A DNA stretch of 64,000 nucleotides from Bulleidia sp. (GCA_963661675.1 CAVLCS010000001.1:21633-85632), one strand, 5' to 3'. Counted from the stretch's first letter, positions 17,961 to 28,809 are shown. The notes: a model not told the origin generated them from the sequence alone. Numbers and translations: made by a program.

Positions 17961-19304
17961 ATGTTTCAGAAGGTACTCATTGCGAACCGCGGCGAGATCG
18001 CGGTCCGCATTATTCAGGCCTGCCGTGATTTAGGCATTATTTCGGTGGCCGTCTACTCCGAGGCCGACCGCGAAGCACTGCATGCGCAGATCGCGGACGA
18101 AGCGGTCTGCATCGGTCCGGCTCGTGCAGCGGACAGTTATCTGAATATGGATAACATCATTTCGGCGGCACTGGCCTCCGGCTGCCAGGCCATTCACCCG
18201 GGTTTCGGCTTTCTGTCCGAGAATCCGGACTTCGCCGAGCGCACCACGCAGGCCGGTCTGGCGTTTATCGGACCGACCGCGGCGACCATTCGTCTGATGG
18301 GCGACAAGTCCGAAGCCAAGCGCAACGCGATCGCGGCCGGTGTTCCGGTCGCACTGGGCACGGACGGTCCGCTGCGTGACTTTGACGAGGCCATCTCCGA
18401 GGCTGAGCGCATCGGCTATCCGGTCATGCTCAAGGCGGCATCGGGCGGCGGCGGCAAGGGCATTCGCGTGGCAGAGAGCGTCAAGCAGCTCAAGGACGCG
18501 TACGACAGCGCAGCCGCAGAGGCGGTCGCAAACTTCGGCGACGGCCGTCTGTACATGGAAAAATATATTCACAATCCGCGCCACATCGAGGTGCAGATTC
18601 TGGGCGACAGCTTCGGCAATGTGGTCCATCTGTTCGAGCGTGAATGCTCGGTGCAGCGCCGCCACCAGAAGCTGATCGAGGAAAGCCCGTCGGCTTTCGT
18701 CACGCCCGAGCTGCGTGAGAAGATGACCTCGGCGGCTGTTGCGCTTGCCAAGCGCGTCGGCTACCGCAACGCGGGTACGATCGAATTTCTGGTCGATAAC
18801 GACCGCAATTTCTACTTCTGCGAGATGAACACCCGCATTCAGGTCGAGCACCCGGTCACCGAGGAAGTCACCGGCGTTGACCTTGTTTGTGAGCAGCTTC
18901 GCGTGGCGGCAGGCGAGCCGCTGTCCTTCCAGCAGGAGGACCTGACCATCCGCGGTCACGCCATCGAGTGCCGCATCAACGCAGAGGACCCGTCGAGAAA
19001 CTTTGCACCCTGTCCGGGTACGCTGGTTTCGCTGCACCTGCCGGGCGGTCCCGGTGTGCGTGTGGACTCGGCGGCTTATCAGGGCTACAAGATCCCGCCG
19101 TTCTACGATTCCATGATCGGCAAGCTGATCGTTTACGGCGCCGACCGTGAGCAGGCCATCGTTCGTATGCGCCGCGCGCTCGCGGAAACGCTGTTCGAGG
19201 GCGTTGTCACCGCAACCGACTATCAGATGCACATTCTGTGCTCGAAGGCGTTTGTGGAAGCGAACTTCAACGTAAATTCCATCGCAAACGGCGATTTTGA
19301 CTAA
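17961..19304 (+). CDS. accC: Biotin carboxylase
   Basis: LIANRGEIA, GGGGKG, RECSVQRRHQK, EMNTRIQVEH. Confidence 0.95.
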   Translation: MFQKVLIANRGEIAVRIIQACRDLGIISVAVYSEADREALHAQIADEAVCIGPARAADSYLNMDNIISAALASGCQAIHPGFGFLSENPDFAERTTQAGLAFIGPTAATIRLMGDKSEAKRNAIAAGVPVALGTDGPLRDFDEAISEAERIGYPVMLKAASGGGGKGIRVAESVKQLKDAYDSAAAEAVANFGDGRLYMEKYIHNPRHIEVQILGDSFGNVVHLFERECSVQRRHQKLIEESPSAFVTPELREKMTSAAVALAKRVGYRNAGTIEFLVDNDRNFYFCEMNTRIQVEHPVTEEVTGVDLVCEQLRVAAGEPLSFQQEDLTIRGHAIECRINAEDPSRNFAPCPGTLVSLHLPGGPGVRVDSAAYQGYKIPPFYDSMIGKLIVYGADREQAIVRMRRALAETLFEGVVTATDYQMHILCSKAFVEANFNVNSIANGDFD

Positions 19305-19324
19305 ATCATATATTATGGTATAAT
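19297..19324 (+). promoter_or_regulatory. Internal promoter upstream of accD
   Basis: TTGACT-16 bp-TATAAT with extended -10 TG. Confidence 0.55.
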
Positions 19325-19380
19325 AGATTTAGCACAAGAGTAATTGAATCCGAAGATTTTTTGTAATCCGAAGGATTTCA

Positions 19381-19542
19381 GAGGCAGTACCGCACGGTTG
19401 GACAAGAGCGATTTGCGAGATGTTTTGTTCACTGGCGCGGCGTGGTTTCGCAGCAATACTTTGTGTATTGCAAGAAATCACAACAAAACCAGGGGGCAAA
19501 ACAGCCGCAAAGCGCCGAAGGCCAATCGTGCGGTACTGCCTC
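19381..19542. repeat. ~162-bp long imperfect palindrome (ERIC-like), copy 2
   Basis: GAGGCAGTACCGCAC...GTGCGGTACTGCCTC; shares ACAAGAGCG, TTTGCGAG, GGCGTG, AATACTT, GAAATCACAAC, CCGCAAA with copy 1. Confidence 0.7.
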
Positions 19543-19563
19543 CAAACGAAAGGGGAGTTACGC

Positions 19564-20439
19564 ATGGGTCTGATCGACCTGTTTCAAAAAACACGCGAGA
19601 CCTCTATGGAAATGAAACCGCAGGAGGACGAAGCGGCCAAGGTCGTAACCTGCAAGGGCTGCGGCGCTGAACTGAAGGCGTACGCCTACGGCAAGAATCT
19701 GTATGTGTGCCCGCACTGCGGACGCTACGGACGACTGCTTGCACGCACGCGCATCCGTCAGATCGCGGATAAGGACAGCTTTGAGGAGCTGTACGCGGGT
19801 CTTGCACCGGCGGACCCGATCCACTTCCCGGGATACGCAGAAAAGACGGCAGAGCTGGCCGAAAAGGTCGGCATGCCGGACGCAGTCAAGACCGGCGTGT
19901 GCAAGATCGGCGGCGTGGAAACCGCGATCGGCGTCATGGACAGCCACTTCATGATGGCATCCATGGGCTCGGTTGTCGGCGAAAAGCTGACCCGCCTGTT
20001 CGAGTACGCGACTGAAAAGAGCCTGCCTGTCGTGCTGTTCACCTGCTCCGGCGGTGCCCGCATGCAGGAGGGCATGTTTTCGCTCCTGCAGATGGCTAAG
20101 GTGTCTGCGGCAGCACGCCGTCACTCGGATGCCGGCCTGCTGTATATCACCGTGCTGACCGACCCGACCACGGGCGGCGTAACCGCATCGTTTGCCATGC
20201 TCGGCGACATTATCCTCGCCGAACCGCGCACGACCATCGGCTTTGCCGGCCGCCGTGTTATCGAGGGAACCATCGGTCAGACACTGCCGGACGATTTTCA
20301 GTCGTCGGAGTTCTTGCTATCGCACGGTTTCTGTGATAAAATAGTTCCGCGTAATCAACTCAGAGAAACGCTGGAAAAGCTGCTCCAACTGCATTGCGGT
20401 ACCAAGAGCAAGAAATGGCAGGTGTGGCGTCGTGATTAA
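19564..20439 (+). CDS. accD: Acetyl-CoA carboxylase carboxyltransferase beta
   Basis: CKGC/CPHC zinc finger, SMGSVVGEK, SGGARMQEG, PTTGGVTASF. Confidence 0.94.
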   Translation: MGLIDLFQKTRETSMEMKPQEDEAAKVVTCKGCGAELKAYAYGKNLYVCPHCGRYGRLLARTRIRQIADKDSFEELYAGLAPADPIHFPGYAEKTAELAEKVGMPDAVKTGVCKIGGVETAIGVMDSHFMMASMGSVVGEKLTRLFEYATEKSLPVVLFTCSGGARMQEGMFSLLQMAKVSAAARRHSDAGLLYITVLTDPTTGGVTASFAMLGDIILAEPRTTIGFAGRRVIEGTIGQTLPDDFQSSEFLLSHGFCDKIVPRNQLRETLEKLLQLHCGTKSKKWQVWRRD

Positions 20440-21250
20440 CAAACCCGCAAGTGAAAAAATGCGTATCATCCACGATACCAAGCGCCCGATGATCACGGAT
20501 TATATCAACGAGCTGTTCACCGACTTCACCGAGCTGCACGGCGACCGTTATTTTTCGGACGACCATGCCATCCTCGGCGGTGTCGGCTACTTCAACGGCA
20601 CACCGGTGACGGTCATCGGCCACCGCAAGGGCCGCACGATCGAGCAGAATATGGACGCCAACTTTGGTATGGCGCATCCGGAGGGCTATCGAAAGGCCCT
20701 GCGTCTCGCGCATCAGGCGGAGAAGTTCCACCGCCCGGTCATCAACTTTGTTGACACCGGCGGCGCATTCTGCGGCGTAGGCGCGGAGGAACGCGGTCAA
20801 GGCGAAGCCATTGCCCGCTGTCTGTATGAGTTTATCGAGCTGAAAACCCCTGTTATCTCTATCGTAACGGGTGAAGGCGGCTCCGGCGGTGCACTGGCGC
20901 TGGCGGTTGCCGACCGTGTGCTCATGCTCGAGAATGCCCTGTATTCGGTTATCTCGCCGCGCGGCTGCGCGTCCATCCTCTGGAAGGACCCCAAGCGTGA
21001 GGCGGAGGCAGCGGACACGCTGCATATCACCGCACAGGACCTGTACAGCTTCGGTATGATCGAAGGCATCATTCAGGAGGGTGCATCACCCGCACAGCTT
21101 ATCCGCAATGTGGCGCGCACGCTGCGCGACCAGCTTGCCGAGCTTGACGCTGAGCCGGACATCGACACGATGCTGCAGAAACGGTATGAAAAATTCCGCA
21201 GAGTCGGAGTTTTCAGAACAATAAATCAAGAAAATAATGAAGGAGTGTAA
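20432..21250 (+). CDS. accA: Acetyl-CoA carboxylase carboxyltransferase alpha
   Basis: ELHGDR, PEGYRKALR, AEERGQ, GEGGSGGAL, YSVISP. Confidence 0.94.
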   Translation: MINKPASEKMRIIHDTKRPMITDYINELFTDFTELHGDRYFSDDHAILGGVGYFNGTPVTVIGHRKGRTIEQNMDANFGMAHPEGYRKALRLAHQAEKFHRPVINFVDTGGAFCGVGAEERGQGEAIARCLYEFIELKTPVISIVTGEGGSGGALALAVADRVLMLENALYSVISPRGCASILWKDPKREAEAADTLHITAQDLYSFGMIEGIIQEGASPAQLIRNVARTLRDQLAELDAEPDIDTMLQKRYEKFRRVGVFRTINQENNEGV

Positions 21251-21255
21251 ATCCC

Positions 21256-21480
21256 ATGTTTGAAAAGGTATGTGAGATCCTGGCAGACAAGTTTGACGCT
21301 GACGCTTCCACCATGACCATGGACACCAAGGTCAAGGAGGATCTGAACGCAGACTCTCTGGACGTTGTAGAGCTGATGATGGACCTCGAGGAGAACTTCG
21401 GCGTAACGATTTCCGACGAGGAAGCTGCTAAGATGAGCACCATCGGTGACATCGTTAACTACATCGAGGCTAACCAGTAA
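21256..21480 (+). CDS. acpP: Acyl carrier protein
   Basis: DLNADSLDVVEL. Confidence 0.95.
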   Translation: MFEKVCEILADKFDADASTMTMDTKVKEDLNADSLDVVELMMDLEENFGVTISDEEAAKMSTIGDIVNYIEANQ

Positions 21481-21491
21481 TTAACCCGATT

Positions 21492-21527
21492 AAAAAAACA
21501 CCGTTCCAATCGGAACGGTGTTTTTTT
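21492..21527. terminator. Bidirectional terminator
   Basis: AAAAAAACACCGTTCC-aatc-GGAACGGTGTTTTTTT. Confidence 0.85.
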
Positions 21528-21537
21528 CTGTCTGTTT

Positions 21538-22653
21538 TCAATTTGCAGAAATGGTAACGGTCGAAGTAGCATTATCCCAGCCGACGGTAAAGCCAAGTGC
21601 ATCACCGAGGTCGCGCAGCTTGAAGTAGTTATTGCCGCCGATGGTATAGGCGGTCAGGTCGAGCGGCTTACCGTCGAGGTAGACGGACGCGTTCGTAAGC
21701 GTTGCGGCCTTATTGCCGGAGGGCAGCGCTGCCTGCTCACCGCCGACCGGCGTATAGGCGGTCTTGCTGGTGAGGTCGATACGCTGCTCGGATGCGTTCC
21801 ACGTTACCTCGAACTCAGTGTCGAGACCCTTGAGGACCTTTGCAAGGTCGCGCAGCTTAAAATAGTTGTTGCTGTTGATGGTATACGCCGCCAGATCAGC
21901 CTTTGCGCCGTTCAGCGTTACGTTGTGGCGGGAAACATGTGCGGTCGGGTTGGTCAGCTTGCGCAGGGAAGTGATGGTGTCCTGCAGCGCGGCACGAGGA
22001 GAAAGTACACGGTCGCTGTTGTACGGGCTTTCCCAGAACGAGTAATACTGCTCGTCCATATCGCCGGTGAAGTCGAGGATAGCGGCAGAAAATTCCTCCG
22101 AGGTGACGGACTGGCCGTTGATGGTTTGGATTGGGGTCGGTGTTTCGGTATCCCAGTCGTAACCGTCGGTGTAGGTGAGGGCCACAACGGCCTTATCGCC
22201 CTGTTTGGTCCAGAAGGTGACCGGATTGTTGTTCATGACCTCCTGACCGGAGACCAGATACGCCTTATCCTTGCCGACATAAAACTGCGTACACGGCGAA
22301 ACGTCCGTGCTGAAATTGCTCACGCCCTCGGGAATCGCGAGTTCGTAGATGCTGCCGTCCGCGTACGAGTACATATGCTGTCCGGCGAGACCGGCGCCGC
22401 AGTACAGCTCCGGAATCTTATCGCCGTCCATATCGACCAGCTTGGCTATCGAGAGACCGGTCAGCAGTCCGCTGAAACCGTCATCCGTACGGGCGGCAGC
22501 CTTGCCGTACAGATTCTGCAGGGTGGCGATCTGATCGAGATACGCCTTTGCGCCCTGCGGCGTAAGCGAGCCGAGGTCAGCCGCGCCTGCGGCGCCGACA
22601 GCCATCGCACCGGTCAGCGCGGTGCACAGCAATGCCTTTCCAATTTTGTTCAT
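21538..22653 (-). CDS. Secreted surface protein with duplicated C-terminal copper-amine-oxidase-N-like (stalk) domain
   Basis: Signal peptide; two AYTI..NNYFKLRDL repeats. Confidence 0.7.
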   Translation of the reverse strand: MNKIGKALLCTALTGAMAVGAAGAADLGSLTPQGAKAYLDQIATLQNLYGKAAARTDDGFSGLLTGLSIAKLVDMDGDKIPELYCGAGLAGQHMYSYADGSIYELAIPEGVSNFSTDVSPCTQFYVGKDKAYLVSGQEVMNNNPVTFWTKQGDKAVVALTYTDGYDWDTETPTPIQTINGQSVTSEEFSAAILDFTGDMDEQYYSFWESPYNSDRVLSPRAALQDTITSLRKLTNPTAHVSRHNVTLNGAKADLAAYTINSNNYFKLRDLAKVLKGLDTEFEVTWNASEQRIDLTSKTAYTPVGGEQAALPSGNKAATLTNASVYLDGKPLDLTAYTIGGNNYFKLRDLGDALGFTVGWDNATSTVTISAN

Positions 22654-22887
22654 AGAGATTTCTCCTTCCTTTTATCAGGCGGTTGCGCCTTTTCTTCATT
22701 GTACGGCAGGAGTAAGCCTTCGTCAACCGGAAAACATGGGTGAAATTCTCAGTCTGGTAAAATATTTTACAATTTAGAGCCTGTATATCGCCGTAATTTT
22801 GACGATAAAATAGGTGGAAAAGCAACAAAAAAACGGGTATAATATATTCCGTACGAAAATAATCCCGCTGATGGAGGAATAGAATAT

Positions 22888-24714
22888 ATGATCCGTAACG
22901 ATTTACGCAACATCGCCATCATTGCGCACGTTGACCATGGCAAGACGACCCTGGTCGATCAGATGCTCAAGCAGGCTGGCGCATTCCGCGAAAATCAGGT
23001 GGTAGAAGAGCGTGTCATGGACTCGGGCGACATCGAGCGTGAGCGCGGCATTACCATTCTGGCAAAGAACACCTCTGTACATTACAAGGGCGTAAAGATC
23101 AACATCGTAGATACCCCGGGCCACGCCGACTTCTCCGGCGAGGTAGAGCGTATCCTCAAGATGGTAGACGGCGTTGTTCTGCTGGTTGACGCAGCAGAAG
23201 GTCCGATGCCGCAGACTCGCTTCGTGCTGCAGAAGGCACTGGAGTTCGGTCACAAGATCATCATCGCTGTCAACAAGATCGACCGTCCGGACGCTCGTCT
23301 GAATGAGATCGGCGACGAGGTCCTTGAGCTGCTGCTCAACCTCGATGCGACCGACGAGCAGCTGGACAGCCCGATCGTTTACTGCTCCGGCCGTGCAGGC
23401 ACCGCATCCATGTCTCCGAACGTGGAAGGCAAGGACCTCACTCCGCTGTTCGAGCAGATCCTCGAGCACATTCCGGCGCCGCAGGTTGACACCGAAGGCC
23501 CGACCCAGATGCTGGTATCTTCGATCGACTACAACGAGTACGTCGGCCGTATCGGCATCGGCCGTATCGAGCGCGGCTCGATGAAGGTCGGTCAGCAGGT
23601 CACTGTCTGCGACTACCACGGCAACACCAAGCCGTACAACGCAAAGCTGGTTACCCTGTACTCCATTGAGGAGCTGGGCCGTCAGCCGATCGAGGAGGCA
23701 CAGGCCGGCGAGATCGTCTGCTTCTCCGGTATCGAGGGCGTTACCATCGGTGAGACCCTGTGCGATCCCGAGCACGTTGAGGCTCTGCCGTTCGTTAAGA
23801 TCTCCGAGCCGACCGTTGAGATGACCTTTATGGTCAACGACTCTCCGTTTGCCGGCAAGGAAGGCAAGTTTGTCACCTCCCGTCATCTGCGTGAGCGTCT
23901 GTTCCGCGAGCTGCTCAAGGACGTATCTCTGCGTGTCAACGAGACCGACACCACCGACGCATTCCGCGTTTGCGGCCGTGGTGAGATGCACCTGTCCATT
24001 CTGATCGAGAATCTGCGCCGTGAGGGCTACGAGTTCCAGGTAGGCGCACCGAAGGCGCTGCTCAAGGAGATCGACGGCAAGACCTGCGAGCCGATGGAGC
24101 GCATGATCGCTGACGTTCCGGCGGACGCAGTAGGCGCTATCATGGAGAAGATGGGCGCTCGTAAGGGCGAACTGGTTTCCATGAACCCGAAGGGCACCGA
24201 CCGTATGCGTCTGGAGTTCATCATTCCGGCACGCGGTCTGTTCGGCTACCGCACCGAGTTCCTGACCGATACCAAGGGCGAAGGCGTTATGTCCTCTGTA
24301 TTCAACGGCTATCAGCCGTACAAGGGCGATATCCAGAAGCGCACCACCGGTTCTCTGATCGCGTTTGAGACCGGCGAGGCTGTCGGCTACGGCCTGTTCA
24401 ACGCACAGGACCGCGGTCCGCTGTTCATCGGCCCCGGCACGATGGTATATGAAGGCATGATCGTCGGCGAAAATCCGCGTGGCGAAGATATGGCTGTCAA
24501 TGTCTGCAAGAAGAAGCAGCTGACCAACATGCGTGCATCCGGCTCTGACGATGCTCTGCGCCTGATCCCGCCGCGTCAGATGTCCATCGAGGCGGCTCTC
24601 GAGTTCATCTCCGACGATGAGCTGCTCGAGATCACCCCGGAGAGCGTTCGTATGCGCAAGCGCGTTCTGTCCAACACCGAGCGTCTGAAGAAGACCAAGG
24701 GCGGCAAGAAGTAA
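22888..24714 (+). CDS. typA: Translational GTPase TypA/BipA
   Basis: [43 protein letters not shown]. Confidence 0.96.
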   Translation: MIRNDLRNIAIIAHVDHGKTTLVDQMLKQAGAFRENQVVEERVMDSGDIERERGITILAKNTSVHYKGVKINIVDTPGHADFSGEVERILKMVDGVVLLVDAAEGPMPQTRFVLQKALEFGHKIIIAVNKIDRPDARLNEIGDEVLELLLNLDATDEQLDSPIVYCSGRAGTASMSPNVEGKDLTPLFEQILEHIPAPQVDTEGPTQMLVSSIDYNEYVGRIGIGRIERGSMKVGQQVTVCDYHGNTKPYNAKLVTLYSIEELGRQPIEEAQAGEIVCFSGIEGVTIGETLCDPEHVEALPFVKISEPTVEMTFMVNDSPFAGKEGKFVTSRHLRERLFRELLKDVSLRVNETDTTDAFRVCGRGEMHLSILIENLRREGYEFQVGAPKALLKEIDGKTCEPMERMIADVPADAVGAIMEKMGARKGELVSMNPKGTDRMRLEFIIPARGLFGYRTEFLTDTKGEGVMSSVFNGYQPYKGDIQKRTTGSLIAFETGEAVGYGLFNAQDRGPLFIGPGTMVYEGMIVGENPRGEDMAVNVCKKKQLTNMRASGSDDALRLIPPRQMSIEAALEFISDDELLEITPESVRMRKRVLSNTERLKKTKGGKK

Positions 24715-24821
24715 TGGTGGCAACGCCACAATTACGTTATTTCAGTGAGTTTGACTCGCTGAAAAACAATCATTTCACACTGTTATCAAAAAATAAAGAT
24801 ATATAAAGGAGAAATCCCACC

Positions 24822-25208
24822 ATGGCAATCAAGGAAGTTCTGCACACTGATCTCGCACCGGCAGCAGTAGGTCCGTACTCTCAGGCAATCGCTGCAAACG
24901 GTTTCGTATTCACCTCCGGCCAGGTTCCGATCGACCCGAAGGAAGGCAAGATCGTAGCAACCACCATCGAGGAGCAGACTGAGCAGGTTATGAAGAACCT
25001 GCAGTGCGTTCTGGCCCAGGGCGGTGTGTCCTTTGACCGTGTTGTCAAGACCACCTGCTTCCTGTCCGACATCAACGACTTCGCTGCATTCAACGGCGTG
25101 TACGCTAAGTACTTCCCGGAAGGCGCTTCGGCTCGTTCCTGCGTTGAAGTAGCTGCTCTGCCGCTCGGTGCTAAGGTTGAGGTTGAGGTTGTAGCAGTAC
25201 AGGGCTAA
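24822..25208 (+). CDS. ridA: RidA/YjgF family deaminase
   Basis: APAAVGPYSQA, TSGQVP, ARSCVEVAALP. Confidence 0.9.
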   Translation: MAIKEVLHTDLAPAAVGPYSQAIAANGFVFTSGQVPIDPKEGKIVATTIEEQTEQVMKNLQCVLAQGGVSFDRVVKTTCFLSDINDFAAFNGVYAKYFPEGASARSCVEVAALPLGAKVEVEVVAVQG

Positions 25209-25219
25209 AAGCCAACCCT

Positions 25220-25255
25220 AAAAAGACCCGAAACGGATGTTTCGGGTCTTTTTTG
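25220..25255 (+). terminator. Intrinsic terminator
   Basis: AAAAAGACCCGAAAC-ggat-GTTTCGGGTCTTTTTT. Confidence 0.85.
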
Positions 25256-25306
25256 TTTTCATTTTGCAGCAGTGATAGATATATGACGTACAATGTTAAT
25301 ATATCC

Positions 25307-25737
25307 GTAGGGCGGGGTGCCCTCACCCCGCTGGATAAATCGAAACGCCGATTTCAAAACAACGAAATACGTTATCGGAAATATGTGCCATATCATTTAA
25401 TGCGGGAAGATTCGTTGGCATACGGCGGGGTGAGGGCACCCCGCCCTACGGTAAGGTGTTATCGTATTTTCATCCGGAATAATCATCATGTAACGCCAAA
25501 CCGTAGGGTGCGCCGACCTCGGCGCACCGAATCAAACAATTGGAACACGCATAACCGTAGGGGCGACCATTGGTCGCCCACAACAGGTGTTGCCGTTGCG
25601 TTTAACGCGGATAAATGGTGCAAACGGTTTGTAAACTGCATCCATTTATCGTTGCGTGGGCGGCCAATGACCGCCCCTACGGGATACAATATTGCAGGTG
25701 AATTTACATGCGGTGCGCCGAGGTCGTCGCACCCTAC
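25307..25737. repeat. Cluster of six GTAG-REP palindromes in nested inverted pairs
   Basis: GTAG forward at 25307, 25503, 25557; CTAC reverse ending 25449, 25680, 25737. Confidence 0.85.
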
Positions 25738-26002
25738 GGCATCATCGGATAAAACAATATGATTTTCTGCAAATGGTTTTATATGACGTTCATTTTCCAT
25801 TCTCCATCCTCAATTCTCCATTACTCGAATTCCCACCAAAACGCTGTCTTTCCTGTCTTTGTATGCAAACGGCGAAAAATATTATGCGGTGAGAAGAAAT
25901 TTATCGAAAAATGATAATGCAATTTGCGGCATACTGTTGTATAATAAAGCTATATCGGAAAATCTGGTCGTATGACCCTTGAGAAACGAAAGGATTTCTG
26001 CG

Positions 26003-27250
26003 ATGAATAAAGTAAATGCCGTCATGGTTGGCGGCCTGTTTGACGAAAGCGGCATTTCCGCTTTTGCGCGTCCGGTGCTGTTCGGCACTGCGGGCGATGC
26101 AATGCGTGATGCGCTGCCTGATGCGGTGGAGGCGTGCTTCTTTGCGCACGACGACAGAGAGCCTGCCGTTGCCGGCGCTCAGGATATCGCGCTCGATGCT
26201 GCAAATCGTTTTGCCTCGCTGGCTGCACTGCCGGAGAGCGAGCACGTTCTGGTGCTGGCGGCTCCGTTTGCACTGGCCGAGGAGGACGCTCTGTTCCATC
26301 TGGCCGAGACGCACCTGAGCACCGGTTACGGCGTCAGCGTACTGTCTGCCGAGCAGCAGGGCTTTGATGCGGAAGGTCAGCCGCTCCCGCGGGATGCACG
26401 CTGCTACGCCGCTATGTTCACTTGGGATATGCTGAAAAAGGCACTCGAGAGCGGCGCGGATACGCTCAACGGTCTGGTTGCGGCGGCTGTTGCGGCCGGT
26501 GCACAGAAGGGCATTGCCATCACCAACAAGATCTACGTCATCTGCGACGGCATGGCGGCCTTTATGGCCCAGGTCGAGATGACGCAGCGCGTCAACCTGG
26601 GCCTGATCAAGAAGGGCGTGCAGATCTTCGACATGACGAACACCTATATCGCTCCGGACGCTGACATTGCTCCGGGTGCGACCATTCTGCCAGGCTGCCA
26701 CATTCGTCCCGGCTGCAAGGTCGGCGCAGGCGCGGTCATCGGACCGAACACCATCCTCGAAAAGGCCGAGATCGGCGCAGGCACCACGGTAAACAATTCG
26801 CAGGTTTATGAATCCACCGTCGGCAGCAATACCACGGTCGGTCCGTTCGCCTATATCCGCCCGCAGAGCGTGGTCGGTGACGGCTGCCGCATCGGCGACT
26901 TCGTAGAGCTGAAGAAGTCCACCATCGGCAACGGCACCAAGGTTTCGCACCTGACCTATATCGGCGACGCGACCGTCGGCGAGCGCGTCAACTTCGGCTG
27001 CGGCACGGTCGTTGTCAACTACGACGGCTACCACAAGTACCGCACCGAGATCGGCGACGACTGCTTTATCGGCTGCAATACCAACCTCGTTTCGCCTGTT
27101 AAACTGGGCGACCGCGCCTTCACGGCTGCCGGTACGACCGTCACCAAGGACGTACCCGCCGGTGCACTGAGCGTTGCACGTTCCCGCCAGACCAATCTTG
27201 AGGGCTGGAACGACCGCCGCCGTGCTGCGCACGAGAAGGACAAGAAGTAA
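26003..27250 (+). CDS. glmU: GlmU-like protein: intact acetyltransferase beta-helix, degenerate N-terminal domain
   Basis: GPFAYIRP, IGDFVELK, HLTYIGDA, NFGCGTVVVNYDG; upstream of prs; lacks LAAGxGxRM. Confidence 0.8.
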   Translation: MNKVNAVMVGGLFDESGISAFARPVLFGTAGDAMRDALPDAVEACFFAHDDREPAVAGAQDIALDAANRFASLAALPESEHVLVLAAPFALAEEDALFHLAETHLSTGYGVSVLSAEQQGFDAEGQPLPRDARCYAAMFTWDMLKKALESGADTLNGLVAAAVAAGAQKGIAITNKIYVICDGMAAFMAQVEMTQRVNLGLIKKGVQIFDMTNTYIAPDADIAPGATILPGCHIRPGCKVGAGAVIGPNTILEKAEIGAGTTVNNSQVYESTVGSNTTVGPFAYIRPQSVVGDGCRIGDFVELKKSTIGNGTKVSHLTYIGDATVGERVNFGCGTVVVNYDGYHKYRTEIGDDCFIGCNTNLVSPVKLGDRAFTAAGTTVTKDVPAGALSVARSRQTNLEGWNDRRRAAHEKDKK

Positions 27251-27314
27251 TCCCTAAAACGTATATAAATCCACACGGAAATACAAAATATATCATTATG
27301 ACGGAGGCAAATCA

Positions 27315-28274
27315 ATGATTTCTCACGGAAAAAACATCAAAATTTTCTCCGGCAACTCCCATCCCGCACTGGCGATGCAGATCGCTTCTGCGCTCGGACT
27401 GCCGATCGGCAAGGCTGCCATCTCCACCTTCGCTGACGGCGAGATCTCGGTTTCCATTTCGGAATCCGTTCGCGGCTCGGACGTGTTCCTCGTACAGTCC
27501 ACCTGCGGTCCGGTAAACAACAACCTGATGGAGCTGCTCATCATGATCGACTCCTGCAAGCGTGCTTCGGCAGGCCGTATCACGGCTGTAATCCCGTATT
27601 TCGGCTACGCTCGTCAGGACCGCAAGAGCAAGGCACGTGACCCGATCTCTGCAAAGCTGGTCGCAAACCTGATCACCGCTGCAGGCGCTGACCGCGTACT
27701 GACCATGGACCTGCACGCTGCACAGATCCAGGGCTTCTTTGACATTCCGGTGGATAACATGCTCGGCTCGTCCGTTCTGATCCCGTACATTGCGGGCAAG
27801 TTCGGCGTCGGCACCGACGATACCGTTATCGTTTCTCCTGATCTGGGTTCGGTTACCCGTGCCCGCAAGTTCACCGAAAAGCTGGACATGCCGCTCGCCA
27901 TCATCGACAAGCGCCGTCCGAAGGCCAACGTATCCGAGGTTATGAACATCATCGGCAACGTAGAGGGCAAGAAGTGCATTCTGGTCGATGACCTGATCGA
28001 CACCGCAGGCACGCTCGTGCACGCAGCTGATGCTCTGGTAGAGCGCGGCGGCGCAACCGAGGTTTACGCTTGCGCAAGCCACGGCGTACTGTCCGGTCCG
28101 GCGATCGAGCGTATCCAGAACAGCCCGATCAAGGAGCTGACCATCCTCGATACCATCCCGCTGACCAACGATAAGAAGCTGGATAAGATCAATGTCCTGC
28201 CGGTTGCACCGGTGTTCACCGAGGCGATCGCTCGTATCTACGAGGAGACTTCGGTTTCGACCCTGTTCGATTAA
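27315..28274 (+). CDS. prs: Ribose-phosphate pyrophosphokinase
   Basis: FADGEI, PYFGYARQDRK, DLHAAQIQGFF, VDDLIDTAGT. Confidence 0.96.
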   Translation: MISHGKNIKIFSGNSHPALAMQIASALGLPIGKAAISTFADGEISVSISESVRGSDVFLVQSTCGPVNNNLMELLIMIDSCKRASAGRITAVIPYFGYARQDRKSKARDPISAKLVANLITAAGADRVLTMDLHAAQIQGFFDIPVDNMLGSSVLIPYIAGKFGVGTDDTVIVSPDLGSVTRARKFTEKLDMPLAIIDKRRPKANVSEVMNIIGNVEGKKCILVDDLIDTAGTLVHAADALVERGGATEVYACASHGVLSGPAIERIQNSPIKELTILDTIPLTNDKKLDKINVLPVAPVFTEAIARIYEETSVSTLFD

Positions 28275-28379
28275 GATTTTGCAAGAAAAAGAGCTGCTGC
28301 ATGGGTGCAGCGGCTCTTTTTGTGTATATTTTTTGAGTTGGATGTGCGGAACGTGTAATGGTCTGCATGTTGCATAACC

Positions 28380-28745
28380 GTAGGGTGCGCCGACCCCGGC
28401 GCACCGCATCAAACGATTGGCACACGTATAATCGTAGGGGCGACCAGTGGTCGCCCACAGCAGGCGTGACCGTTGCGCCATATGCCATGTAAATAATCGA
28501 AACATGTGTGATTTTCATACGCGCCCATTTAACGATAACGTGGGCGGCCAATGACCGCCCCTACGGGATATATTTGTGCAAATCGGTAACAAACGGCGGG
28601 GTGAGGTCACCCCGCCCTACGATATACCGTGATAATTATGGTTAACATTCCGAATTGTTTTGGAACATCCACCGTGTAGGGCGGGATGACCCCAGAAGGT
28701 GAATTGCCCGCAGGGCAAGAGAGGCCACCCTGGGGTGTCCCGCCG
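28380..28745. repeat. GTAG-REP cluster; last REP carries a 45-bp insert
   Basis: Forward 28380, 28434, 28676; reverse ending 28564, 28620; spacers homologous to the 25503-25737 cluster. Confidence 0.85.
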
Positions 28746-28809
28746 TTGTTAGATGGAGATATAATGCTATCCGGTTGAAATATATCTAACCAACAGAAAG
28801 AGGTAATTC

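Noticed and set aside
25307..25737. CRISPR array (also 28380-28745 and 31881-32790)
   Set aside because: Repeats alternate in orientation and differ in sequence, spacers are homologous between clusters rather than unique, and there are no cas genes; these are REP composites
25253..25892. Track ORFs over REP clusters (also 31900-33063, 28216-28551, 44116-44322, 51833-52021)
   Set aside because: Translations of palindromic repeats (VGRG, RPY, VGA patterns) with no SD and no recognisable protein family
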